A stretch of 64,000 nucleotides of DNA, taken from the NCBI GenBank assembly GCA_963997925.1, contig CAXEOX010000001.1, positions 16,536-80,535 of the forward strand. Direction: 5' to 3'. The notes beneath the pieces were generated by a model that had not been told where the DNA came from, did not search any database, and worked only from the letters and a program-made list of their open reading frames with translations. Positions 1 to 9,062 of this stretch are shown here, in pieces (position 1 is the stretch's first letter; every line of letters starts with the position of its first letter). The position numbers and the translations under genes are program-made. This DNA is from an uncultured bacterium. Its GTDB lineage: Bacteria; Chloroflexota; Dehalococcoidia; Lucifugimonadales; UBA3495.

Positions 1-307
1 GGAGGCCCAGGGCATCGAGTGTGATGTCACTCTGTCCATGGATAGCTTCCAGTCCATCAAGCGATACGTGGAGATTGACATGGGCGTGGCGGTAGTCAGC
101 GATTTCGCCCTACTGCCCGAAGACCTTGAGCATTTGAGTGTGGTGAACCTAGACCATCTCTTCCCCGGATCGGCGATTGGCATCTGCACTTTGAAAGGGA
201 AGTATCTAGGTCCTGCCGTGCAGAACTTCATCGACAAACTCGCCGCCGACCTGACTGGTTTTCGCAGCGCCCTGTGGGAACAACCGATCCTCCAAGAAGC
301 TGATTAA
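1..307 (+). CDS. LysR-family transcriptional regulator, C-terminal effector-binding fragment (5' end outside window)
   Basis: Frame is open from the window edge to TAA at 305-307. The segment SIKRYVEIDMGVAVVSDFAL...GICTLKGKYLGPAVQNFIDKL resembles the C-terminus of a LysR substrate-binding domain. Confidence 0.55.
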   Translation, partial: EAQGIECDVTLSMDSFQSIKRYVEIDMGVAVVSDFALLPEDLEHLSVVNLDHLFPGSAIGICTLKGKYLGPAVQNFIDKLAADLTGFRSALWEQPILQEAD

Positions 308-448
308 ACCACTGAAGCGTTCCCACCCCGCCATCTCAGTCAATCAGCACCGCTATTTCGCCGAAGAGACCGCTACCGAATGTTCTCCTCCATTCCTCCG
401 GCACCGGACTGTTCTTTCAGATACACGCGCTTCATTCCTGACGCCGGG

Positions 449-476
449 TTTACAGGCAGGTTTAGCACGGTATACT
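449..476 (+). promoter_or_regulatory. Candidate sigma70-type promoter upstream of bioY
   Basis: TTTACA (449-454), a 16-nt spacer, then TATACT (471-476). It is followed by a small hairpin GCCGG-AGAC-CCGGC and the RBS AGAGGAGG before the TTG at 518. Confidence 0.35.
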
Positions 477-517
477 CTGGCAGGGCCGGAGACCCGGCTA
501 GCTAGAGGAGGTCCGAT

Positions 518-1180
518 TTGTACTCCCCAACACAAGCAGCAACCCTGATCGACGCCCTGCTGCCCACAAGCCAACTGAACCGCCGGATAGCCAGGGACGT
601 TCTACTGATTGTAGGGTTCAGTTTGTTCACCGCCTTGATGGCCCGTTTCGTCATCCACCTGTCCTTCACCCCGGTGCCCATCACCGGCCAGACGCTGGCG
701 GTGCTGTTGACCGGAGCGACTCTAGGCAGCCGTCGCGGCGCAGCGGCCCTCGCCCTATACCTGGTGGAGGGTAGTGTGTTTCCGGTCTTCGCCGGCGGCA
801 GCGGAGCGGACTTTCTCTTTCAGGCCAACGCGGGCGGATACATCTTTGGCTTTTCCTCGGGCTCGGCCGGATTAGTTTGGAATCTTGCCTCGGGCGGGTA
901 CATCATCGGCTTCATCCCGGCGGCGTTCGTCGTCGGCTACCTATGCGAACGGGGCTGGGACCGCCGGGTGTGGATCCTCCTAGCCATGGGCGCAGGCAAC
1001 ATCGTTCTGTACATCCCCGGCCTGATACAACTGTCATTATTCGTGCCCAACGATAAGGTGCTGGAGTTCGGATTGTATCCCTTCATCTTTGGGGATCTGG
1101 CCAAATTGTACGTCGCGTCTCTGGCGGTGCCTTCCGCTTGGGCCTTGGCCGGCAGGTTGGGCGGCAAGCCAGGCGATTAG
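518..1180 (+). CDS. bioY: Biotin transporter BioY (solitary ECF S-component type)
   Basis: 220-aa polytopic membrane protein with the BioY signature block TPVPITGQTLAVLLTGATLGSRRGAAALALYLVEG. It has a TTG start with the RBS AGAGGAGG 5 nt upstream. Confidence 0.8.
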   Translation: MYSPTQAATLIDALLPTSQLNRRIARDVLLIVGFSLFTALMARFVIHLSFTPVPITGQTLAVLLTGATLGSRRGAAALALYLVEGSVFPVFAGGSGADFLFQANAGGYIFGFSSGSAGLVWNLASGGYIIGFIPAAFVVGYLCERGWDRRVWILLAMGAGNIVLYIPGLIQLSLFVPNDKVLEFGLYPFIFGDLAKLYVASLAVPSAWALAGRLGGKPGD

Positions 1181-1200
1181 ACCTTGTCCGGGTTGGCCTG

Positions 1201-2478
1201 ATGAATCAACAACGAAGGCAGGATGGCGTCGACACAGGCGGTAACACGGCTTCCCGGCGCCGGTCCGGTCTGCAAACTTTCTCATCTCTTAAAAGCATCG
1301 ACTTTCGACTGCTATGGGCCGGGAGTATCTTCGATAACCTGGCCCTATGGCTCCAGTTCATAACCTTGAGTTGGATGGTGTGGGACCTAACCGAATCAGC
1401 TTCCCTTTCCGGCGCGGCTGCCGGACTGCGGGGGCTCCCCACCTTGGTGATTGGACCCTGGGCGGGGGTGATTGCCGACCGCATCGACCGGCGCAAGCTG
1501 GTCATTGTCCTCCAGATATTCCTCGGTGTTGTGGCCGTTTTCTTCGCCAGCATGGTAGCTACCGGCTCAGCCCAAGTCTGGCACGTATTCGCATACGCTT
1601 CGGTATCGGCGGTCTGCTTCGCATTTATCATGCCGGCCCGGCAATCCCTCATCGCCAACACGGTGCCCCCGGAAAACATGGGCAACGCCTTCGCTTTAAG
1701 CGCCATGACCGTCACCGTGAACCGTCTAGCCGGAGGATTGTTGGGAGGATTGCTAATCACCACCGTGGGGATACAGTGGAACTTCTTCGTCGAAGCCGGA
1801 GCCTACATCGCCACCGCTTTGCTGTTGATTCCGATGAAGACTCCCTACCAGCAGGCATCGACCGCCCGGTTCACGTCGGTCTTGGCGAACTTCAAGGACG
1901 GGTTCAGATACATCTGGCGAGACAACCGGATAATCCTGCACCTGATTGTCCTGGGAATTATATTGAATGTGGTATTCATCCCCGTGCCGGCCCTGCTCCC
2001 GCCTTACGCCAGCACCGTGCTGGGCGCCAATGCCAGCGTCGGAGGATACCTCTTGGCGGCTCAGGGTGTCGGAGGCATCGCCGCCACCGTTGCCATCGCG
2101 TCTCTGGGATTCGTCATCTACAAGGGGAAGCTGGGGCTGATATGCCTGGTTCTGGGGTCGGCGGCGGTCCTTGTACTGGCCCAGTCCCATTGGCTGGCCC
2201 TATCCATAGCAATGCTGATTGTGCTGGGGATCTCCCAGTCCACCTTCATCGTCAGCACCCAGACTCTGATCCAATCCATGACGCCCGACACTCTACGGGG
2301 CAGAATCACTAGTATCTACATGTTAGAGTTCGGATTGGGTCCTATCGCCATCGTATTGATTGGGCTTTTGATGGATCTAACCACCGTGTCCGGCGCGCTG
2401 ACAATCGTCGCGGCGGTCAGCTTGACCCTATCTCTTCTGTTTTTAGTTACATTCAGACAGGTCAGAGGATTGGCGTAA
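1201..2478 (+). CDS. MFS transporter (MFS_3 / EntS-like subfamily)
   Basis: About 12 predicted TM helices. The N-terminal block FRLLWAGSIFDNLALWLQFITLSWMVWDLT...ADRIDRRKL is typical of MFS_3. I chose the ATG at 1201 (MNQQRR) rather than the track start at 1138, which overlaps bioY. Confidence 0.8.
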   Translation: MNQQRRQDGVDTGGNTASRRRSGLQTFSSLKSIDFRLLWAGSIFDNLALWLQFITLSWMVWDLTESASLSGAAAGLRGLPTLVIGPWAGVIADRIDRRKLVIVLQIFLGVVAVFFASMVATGSAQVWHVFAYASVSAVCFAFIMPARQSLIANTVPPENMGNAFALSAMTVTVNRLAGGLLGGLLITTVGIQWNFFVEAGAYIATALLLIPMKTPYQQASTARFTSVLANFKDGFRYIWRDNRIILHLIVLGIILNVVFIPVPALLPPYASTVLGANASVGGYLLAAQGVGGIAATVAIASLGFVIYKGKLGLICLVLGSAAVLVLAQSHWLALSIAMLIVLGISQSTFIVSTQTLIQSMTPDTLRGRITSIYMLEFGLGPIAIVLIGLLMDLTTVSGALTIVAAVSLTLSLLFLVTFRQVRGLA

Positions 2479-2504
2479 CCGGGAACCACCGGAGGAATGG
2501 AGAT

Positions 2505-3908
2505 ATGAGCGACCCCCCTTTGCATTACCTGACTATCACCGAAGTCGCGTCCTTGATCCGCGACAAGCAGGTTTCCCCGGTGGAAGTGACCGAAGCGATG
2601 CTCCAGCGAATCGATGCGCTGGACGGTCGATTCCAGAGCTACGCAACGGTGATGGCGGACCAAGCGATGGATTCGGCCAGAAAAGCGGAGATTGAGATTT
2701 CCGCCGGAGGCTACTTGGGTCCTCTGCACGGCGTGCCCATCGCGGTGAAGGATCTTTGCTTCACTAAAGGCGTCCGCACCATGGGCGGTACACCGGTGCT
2801 ATCCAATCACGTTCCAGATTTCGACGCTACGGTTATCTCCAAGCTGGCGGCTGCGGGCTCGGTCCTGCTGGGCAAACTGAACTTGACCGAGGGAGCGATG
2901 GCCGGATACCACCCTGACTTCCCGATCCCGGTCAACCCGTGGAACCCGGAGTATTGGACCGGCGTATCGTCCAGCGGCTCCGGAGTAGCCACCGCCGCCG
3001 GGCTTTGCTTTGGATCTCTGGGCAGCGACACCGGCGGCTCCATACGGTTTCCCGCGGCTTCCTGCGGTATCGTCGGTATCAAGCCCACATGGGGATTGGT
3101 CAGCCGCTACGGAGTTCTGGCCCTGGCCGAGTCCATGGACCACGTCGGCCCCATGACCCGCAGCGCCGCCGACGCCGGTATCATGCTTCAAGCCATCGCC
3201 AGCCACGACCCCAACGACGCAACCTCTCTGCCCAGACCTGCACTCGACTTGTTGGCGGGACTGGGAGAGGGTGTAAGTGGCATTCGCATCGGCCTGGACC
3301 TTCGGTATATCGAGGACGACGTTGACGGCGAATTATCAGCGTCGGTGTTGGCGGCCATCCGAGTGATGGAAGTGCTGGGCGCGGAGATTGTCGAGGTGAG
3401 CATGCCCGAGACCCGCGAATATACCGGAGCTTGGGCGGTGCTATGTTCCGCCGAAGCCGCCGAAGCCCATCGCGCGACCTATCCGTCACGCCGGGACGAG
3501 TACGGCCCCTGGTTCCGGGGCTGGCTGGACAAGGGCTCTGAAGTAACCGGCTCGGATTATGCCCAGGCCAACAACGTGCGCGCGGAGTGCAACGGTCTGC
3601 TTCGAAGCGTGTTTGAAGATATAGATGTGCTGGCGTGTCCCTCAACAATCGCCCCACCGGGCCGGGTAACCCCGGAGCAATTGCGCGCTCCCATGGGAGG
3701 CGAAGACGACCTGAAGTGGGGCCGCTTCACCGTTCCATTCGATTTCAACGGCGCTCCAACCATTTCCCTGCCCTGCGGCCAGAACAGCGACGGTCTGCCT
3801 CTAAGCCTCCAGTTCGTAGGAAAGCACCTATCCGAGGCGTTGCTGGTCAGATTAGGCCACGCCTATGAACAAGCAACAGACTGGCGCAACATGAGACCGC
3901 CAATGTGA
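2505..3908 (+). CDS. Amidase (amidase-signature family, GatA-like)
   Basis: The catalytic Lys lies in PIAVKDLCFTKG. The Gly/Ser-rich AS block is GVSSSGSGVATAAGLCFGSLGSDTGGSIRFPAASCG. Confidence 0.85.
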   Translation: MSDPPLHYLTITEVASLIRDKQVSPVEVTEAMLQRIDALDGRFQSYATVMADQAMDSARKAEIEISAGGYLGPLHGVPIAVKDLCFTKGVRTMGGTPVLSNHVPDFDATVISKLAAAGSVLLGKLNLTEGAMAGYHPDFPIPVNPWNPEYWTGVSSSGSGVATAAGLCFGSLGSDTGGSIRFPAASCGIVGIKPTWGLVSRYGVLALAESMDHVGPMTRSAADAGIMLQAIASHDPNDATSLPRPALDLLAGLGEGVSGIRIGLDLRYIEDDVDGELSASVLAAIRVMEVLGAEIVEVSMPETREYTGAWAVLCSAEAAEAHRATYPSRRDEYGPWFRGWLDKGSEVTGSDYAQANNVRAECNGLLRSVFEDIDVLACPSTIAPPGRVTPEQLRAPMGGEDDLKWGRFTVPFDFNGAPTISLPCGQNSDGLPLSLQFVGKHLSEALLVRLGHAYEQATDWRNMRPPM

Positions 3909-3994
3909 GGTTTCCCCAATCAAAACAAACGTTCCCCCTTTAGAAGGGTGGACCACAGGGGGTCGTTCTCTCGAGGGGTAAAACCTCACCTATA

Positions 3995-4015
3995 CCCCTC
4001 CTTGGTAAGGAGGGG
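3995..4015. terminator. Hairpin between convergent genes (candidate bidirectional terminator / REP-like)
   Basis: CCCCTCC-TTGGTAA-GGAGGGG, a 7-bp perfect stem, lies in the 115-nt spacer between the amidase (+) and the deiodinase-like gene (-). There is no clear U-tract. Confidence 0.35.
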
Positions 4016-4023
4016 ACTGTGTC

Positions 4024-4767
4024 TTAGATCTGTATCCGGCCCGGCCTAGGCGGTTGTTGAGCGCCGCGCTTTTGGCTGTTCTCCCAGTCGGACAATGCCT
4101 GAGGTCCGGCCTTTTCCAGCACCTCATGATGCTTCGCCAAGTCGCTCCACCGGTACCCAACCATCTCGGCGTAGAAGGGTGCCATCCGCAGACCTTCCCT
4201 GCGCTGCTTGCGAGCGTCTAGGATGTAGTCCAAGACCTTCTCGATGGTCGGCGGATCCGTCCAGTCCGACCGGAATAGCACCTTGCCACCCCGGTCGATA
4301 ACGTAGGTCATGTTGGGGAGCGCACCGTAAAGCTCATGCCCTGTGCCCTCCACATCATCCACCAGGATTGGGCGCTGCACGTCCAGCACCTTCTTGAGCG
4401 AACGGGCATGATCCAGCTTCTGCTCCAAGGTCTGATGCGCGGGGTAGTTCTCTCCGGGATGGGCTTCCCTCGTATAGACGAAGATGAACTTGAACCCCAG
4501 ATCGGCGTACTTCTTGGCCATGGGCTCCAGCGCTGGCGCCGCCAGCGTGCAATAGGGTCAAGTTAATGAGCCGAACTCAATAACTACGTCTCCCTCTTTA
4601 CAGTAGTCCCGTAGCTGAACCTTGTCTCCGCTGTCCAAGGCAACGGCGGTGAAGTCGGGCGCCGGAGAGCCGACGGGCAGCTTGGAGCGGAAAGCCATGA
4701 AATCCGACTCCCCTCCCATGAATGCTTCGTAGTTGTAAAGAGCGACTGCGGTTTCCGGTGTAGCCAT
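4024..4767 (-). CDS. Thioredoxin-fold, iodothyronine-deiodinase-like candidate selenoprotein (in-frame TGA at 4560..4558 read as Sec)
   Basis: Track ORFs 4558..4767 and 4024..4521 share one frame and are separated only by a single TGA. Read-through gives ...VVIEFGSLT-U-PYCTLAAPALEPMAKKYADLGFKFIFVYTREAHPGE...PILVDDVEGTGHELYGALPNMTYVIDRGGKVLF.... The RBS GGAGGGAGGA precedes the ATG at 4767. Confidence 0.7.
4531..4547 (-). promoter_or_regulatory. SECIS-like mRNA hairpin 10 nt downstream of the in-frame UGA
   Basis: The minus-strand RNA reads UGA-CCCUAUUGCA-CGCUGGC-GGC-GCCAGCG. This is a 7-bp perfect G+C stem with a G-containing apical loop, about 17-20 nt from the UGA. Confidence 0.45.
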
Positions 4768-4845
4768 TGGATCCTCCCTCCTACTTCCGAGATGTTATGT
4801 CAATCCAATTAGGTCTTTGATGAATCTGTTTTCCACCTGTCAGAA

Positions 4846-7044
4846 TCATTCAGACTCTGAATCGTTGGTATCTTCATCGCCGGTATCGCCATCGCCGGTA
4901 ACTTGGTCATCAGCTTCTAAATCTTCAGTGCCGGCATCGTCGATTTCTTCGTCAACAATCTCTTCGCCGTCGATCTCTTCTTCATCAGGCTCTACTTCGA
5001 GCACCGGTGGGCGGGACTGGCTTGGGTCTCGCCAAAATTCCACCAACCGGGAAACTTCCCCATCGTCCACGAAGGTTCCTTGGACTCGCCGGGGTTGGGG
5101 CGACTGATTTTCCAGCAGGAGCATATCGCCCCTCCCCAGAAGATCTTCGGCCCCAGACACATCCAGAATCACTCTGGAGTCGGTCTGGGACGCCACAGTA
5201 AAAGCGATGCGGGTAGCGATGTTGGCTTTGAGCAAGCCGGTAACCACGTCCACGGTCGGCCTCTGGGTAGCCAGCATCAAGTGGATACCTGTTGCCCGGC
5301 CCATCTGAGCCAGCCTCACCAGATTCGCTTCGGCCTCTCGGCCACCGGCCAGCATGAGTTCCGCCAATTCATCAACCACCAACACCACGTAGGGCATCCT
5401 TCTCTCGGCGGTGGCGTTGTAGCCGGCGATGTTGCGCGCCCCGGCCTCCGCCAACCTGGTGTACCGTTGCTGCATCAAACTCAACAAGCCCTTAAGCGAT
5501 TCGGTGAATCCTTTGAATTCCTGAACGGTGGGGGCAGCTAGGTGCGGCAGCCCATCGAAGGGCGTCAGTTCCACTCCCTTGGGGTCTACCATCAATAGAC
5601 GCAATTGATCCGGCGATTTCGACACCAGCAGAGAGGCCACGATGCTGTTGAGGCATACACTTTTGCCCGTGCCCGTGGCTCCGGCGATGAGCAGATGAGG
5701 CAGTCCTGCCAGGTCCAACACCTCCGGCTCGCCAGCGATGTCCAAGCCGATCGCGATGGGCAAGCCTCCCTTGGCGGCACAGTCAACAAAGGCTTGGGAT
5801 TCTACCACCTCTTTCAACCCAACTCTCCTCGGTGTGGGAGAGGGAACCTCCAGCCCCACCAACGACTCACCCGGGATGGTGGGTTGGATCCTGATTGTAG
5901 GAGTCTTGAGCGCAAGGGCCAGGTCGTTCTGCCGAGCCAAGATGGCTTGGACCCTAACCCGGCTCCTCCCGCCAACGCCGCCGTCTTGCTGTTCATCCGA
6001 GCCGCCCTTGTCGTCAGTCAACCAGCCCGGGTCGAGACCGAAACGATTGAGCCGGGGTCCGGACTGGATGCTGGCGTCGGGAACCGTTACGTTCGCGCCA
6101 TAGCTGGCCAGAGTGTCCTCGATGAGACGGGCGGTGGCTATCAGGGCCTCTTCGTTGGACTCGACCGGTTCCGGAGCAGTCAGCAGGTCTGCGGCAGGCA
6201 ACAGCCAAGGCGGATTCGAGACCGAGCTAGGGTCGACAGGCTCGGCATATAGAGATAACTCTTCGCTGACAAAGCCATCGATGGCGGATATCTCGCTCCT
6301 GGTATCCGGCTGGACTTCCGGAACCACCTCCTGTTGGTCGGGCGGATTATCCTGGACGGGTTTATCTTCAGCTACCGCCGTTGCCGTCGATTCTACGGCA
6401 GGCGGCTCAGGGGTTGGCACAGGAGTCGATGCTGGGATGCTTGGCTGCTCAGTGTCTTTTGTCCGAGACTTTAGCCTTTGCGCTATGGCTCCCCTGAACC
6501 GTTTCAGAAGCGGGTGTTCGGCCACGAACCGCGCACTTTGGCCTACCTGCTCGAAGGCCCGAGCGTACAAGGGGCCAACCCTCCTTGGAAACACCACCAC
6601 CGGCATCAAGACGGCTATAATCACCAACTTGGCGATGCCCAACGACAGGGGTGCACCGCCCAAGATTGTTCCCCACCGGCCGCCCAGACTGACATCTGCG
6701 AAGATCCCGAAGCCGGGGTGGAAGAAGGAGAGGACACCGACGGCGATGGCGGCCCCGGCGGCAGCGGTCACCCACCATTGCCACTGACGTGCAAAGAACC
6801 TGATGTGGTAGCGCAAGCCAAACACCAGAGCACCAAGCCACAGCCCCACCGGCGCCCAGCCGTAGGCTAGGGACTCCAGAGCCCATGTCCGAGCGGACGG
6901 GCTCAAGAACATGGTGATGGCCAAGGCTAACACGGCGGTGACTAGGACCAACCCATCTATGACAAACGCTATCCGCACCGGGCTGGACTTACCGCCGGAC
7001 CGCGAACGAGAGGAACGGCGTCTGCCTTCAGGGTTACGTGCCAC
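4846..7044 (-). CDS. ftsK: DNA translocase FtsK/SpoIIIE (no recognisable gamma domain; poly-acidic C-terminal tail)
   Basis: N-terminal TM helices are followed by a Pro/Glu-rich linker. The motor domain has Walker A LLIAGATGTGKSVCLNS, Walker B VVLVVDELAELM and LATQRPTVDVVTG. The start is GTG with the RBS AGGAGG 5 nt upstream. Confidence 0.9.
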   Translation of the reverse strand: MARNPEGRRRSSRSRSGGKSSPVRIAFVIDGLVLVTAVLALAITMFLSPSARTWALESLAYGWAPVGLWLGALVFGLRYHIRFFARQWQWWVTAAAGAAIAVGVLSFFHPGFGIFADVSLGGRWGTILGGAPLSLGIAKLVIIAVLMPVVVFPRRVGPLYARAFEQVGQSARFVAEHPLLKRFRGAIAQRLKSRTKDTEQPSIPASTPVPTPEPPAVESTATAVAEDKPVQDNPPDQQEVVPEVQPDTRSEISAIDGFVSEELSLYAEPVDPSSVSNPPWLLPAADLLTAPEPVESNEEALIATARLIEDTLASYGANVTVPDASIQSGPRLNRFGLDPGWLTDDKGGSDEQQDGGVGGRSRVRVQAILARQNDLALALKTPTIRIQPTIPGESLVGLEVPSPTPRRVGLKEVVESQAFVDCAAKGGLPIAIGLDIAGEPEVLDLAGLPHLLIAGATGTGKSVCLNSIVASLLVSKSPDQLRLLMVDPKGVELTPFDGLPHLAAPTVQEFKGFTESLKGLLSLMQQRYTRLAEAGARNIAGYNATAERRMPYVVLVVDELAELMLAGGREAEANLVRLAQMGRATGIHLMLATQRPTVDVVTGLLKANIATRIAFTVASQTDSRVILDVSGAEDLLGRGDMLLLENQSPQPRRVQGTFVDDGEVSRLVEFWRDPSQSRPPVLEVEPDEEEIDGEEIVDEEIDDAGTEDLEADDQVTGDGDTGDEDTNDSESE

Positions 7045-7184
7045 GCAATCCTCCTAGACTTAGCTGGCTCGGTCAGTTCCGCTCGACAACGCGCCAGCTA
7101 AAAGCCAGCCGAGTCTTGCTTAACGGCGAGTATAGTTTCGCCCTACCGGAATATCAACGAAGCAGTCGACTACCCGGACTAGTT

Positions 7185-8189
7185 CTACTCAAAGAACAAT
7201 TTCTGGGCACTGCCACAGCAGATCAACTGGTACTCCGCCGGCTCAAAACCGGCTTCGCGCACCGGCTCCGTCAAGGGTTGGGGCGTGCCGGAGAACACAT
7301 AGTCCGACCCGAGCATGATGTGCTCCGCGCCAGCGACGTTCCGCAGCATCCGCAGGGAGTCCGGGGACATGTTCACCGTGTCGTAGTAGAGCATCTCCAG
7401 GTAGTCCGACGGCTTGTCGCGTTTCAGTTCCACGGGCCTTCCCGCGCCACTGCGATACCCGTTGTCGATGCGAGCGGCCTGGTAGGGAAGGAACCCTCCG
7501 CCGTGGACCAATACCATTTTCAGGTTGGGATGCCGGTCGAAGAGACCCTCAAGTATCAGCTTTGCCGCAGTTATTGTTGTATCCAAGGTGCGGCCCAGAC
7601 TGAAGGTCAGGTAGTTGGGCGTTATCCCACCGCCAAACCCATGGGTAGCCGGATGCAGTACGATCGGCACACCCAGGCTTTCCGCCGCCGCCCACAAGGG
7701 TTCGTAGCTGTCCTGCGACAAATCGTGCCCCACCGGGTCGGCGGACACCATGGTGCCCAGCATGCCCAACGTGTTCACTGCGTACTCCAGTTCCTTCGCC
7801 GCCATGGTCCCGTCCTGGATCGGCACCGTGGCCAAGCCCCGGAAGGTATCGCCGTTCGATCCCACAAGTTCAGCCAGGTGCTCATTGAACAGTCTGGCCC
7901 ACGTGGCAGCTTTGTCCGGGGAAAGGGTGTATCCGTGGATGTCCAGCCATGACGCTAGGATCTGCTGATCCAGGCCCTGGGTAGTCATCCACTCCAGACG
8001 GGGCTCAAGTTGGGCCAAGCCGCCCAGTGGCCGGAGCTGGACCAACCCTTCGAACTGGAGTGCGGGTCCCCGGTCGGTGTCCTCCACCGTCACGCCCAAA
8101 CTCTTCCCGCTGGTCCTTGCCTCATCGACCAGACCGGCCGGAACGATGTGGGCGTGGCTATCGATGAACTGTTCTTTCTGAGTGCTCAT
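7185..8189 (-). CDS. Amidohydrolase-2 family protein (ACMSD-like metal-dependent hydrolase/decarboxylase)
   Basis: The N-terminal FIDSHAHIVP motif, ...VLHPATHGF... and ...MLGSDYVF... follow the PF04909-type pattern. The RBS GAGGAGGG lies upstream of the ATG. Confidence 0.75.
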   Translation of the reverse strand: MSTQKEQFIDSHAHIVPAGLVDEARTSGKSLGVTVEDTDRGPALQFEGLVQLRPLGGLAQLEPRLEWMTTQGLDQQILASWLDIHGYTLSPDKAATWARLFNEHLAELVGSNGDTFRGLATVPIQDGTMAAKELEYAVNTLGMLGTMVSADPVGHDLSQDSYEPLWAAAESLGVPIVLHPATHGFGGGITPNYLTFSLGRTLDTTITAAKLILEGLFDRHPNLKMVLVHGGGFLPYQAARIDNGYRSGAGRPVELKRDKPSDYLEMLYYDTVNMSPDSLRMLRNVAGAEHIMLGSDYVFSGTPQPLTEPVREAGFEPAEYQLICCGSAQKLFFE

Positions 8190-8341
8190 GATTTCCCTCC
8201 TCGCTCTTGAGCCATATCATATCCCCCTCGAAGCTAGCGTGCCAACGGACTTCGTAGACTGCCGTCCCCCATCAGTCGCCCAGACAACGGCAGCAAGCCA
8301 TCTAATGAGACCCGCAGATAGAGAAAACGGCTTTGGCGGCG

Positions 8342-8812
8342 ATGTTGGCTGGATCTAAAAACAGAAACTCAGGAATCTACGTCCTGATATTCCACTTGTC
8401 CAACGACGTAACGATGACAATAGGAAAGCGTGGTGAGCTTGATTTCCAAAGCGGTTGGTATGGCTACGTCGAATCTGGAAAGTCCGGAGTAGAGGCGCGG
8501 GTTCGCCGCCATCTACGGACCCACGACCGCCCCCATTGGCATCTCGACTACCTGATGCACCTAGGCAAACCCACTACCGCCATCATCGGCCACACTGAAG
8601 AATCGTTGGAATGCCCTCTGGTCCGCCACTTGGAGACAATATTCCTGGTGGTTCCACGGTTCGGCTCCAGCGACTGCCGCTGCTCAAGGCACTTATTCCA
8701 CAGCCCGGAACAATCGTCATTGGAAAAAGCGGCGTTGCAAGGTATGACGGCGTTGGGTTGTACGCCGGTGCCGATTCAGGTTGATTGGATCTGGGACACC
8801 GAGGCAAAGTGA
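8342..8812 (+). CDS. GIY-YIG nuclease superfamily protein (DUF123-like)
   Basis: It has SGIYVLIF..., ...GWYGYVES..., RVRRHLR...HWHLDYL and ...RFGSSDCRCSRHLFH, which I recognise as the DUF123 pattern. The start is uncertain (TTG 8333 or ATG 8342). Confidence 0.6.
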   Translation: MLAGSKNRNSGIYVLIFHLSNDVTMTIGKRGELDFQSGWYGYVESGKSGVEARVRRHLRTHDRPHWHLDYLMHLGKPTTAIIGHTEESLECPLVRHLETIFLVVPRFGSSDCRCSRHLFHSPEQSSLEKAALQGMTALGCTPVPIQVDWIWDTEAK

Positions 8813-9062
8813 CCCTCCCATTCTGCACCTGCCCCTTTCTAAGCAAAACTGCCTGACTAGATGATTGGTCTAATGAGATGCAGAATCCCTCGGTCTTAGA
8901 CACTCCATCCCGATAGGCTTCGCATCACGCCGCTTGACGGTGCTCGAGCGATATGATATTAACCGGGATACTCGGGCGTCCTGGTCTCGCCTGCGACTGA
9001 TCCATTGGCAACGCCGCGGCGTTGCCAATGGCCGATCCGTCCCAATCGTCAGATCCGGGAGG

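Noticed and set aside
4522-4560. I considered treating 4558..4767 and 4024..4521 as a nonsense-disrupted pseudogene or as two separate small genes.
   Set aside because: The single stop is a TGA located exactly at the catalytic Cys/Sec position of a thioredoxin-fold UxxC motif. The frame is otherwise intact on both sides, a stable hairpin follows at SECIS distance, and neither half would be a complete fold. Sec read-through is the better explanation. It remains unproven without the Sec machinery.
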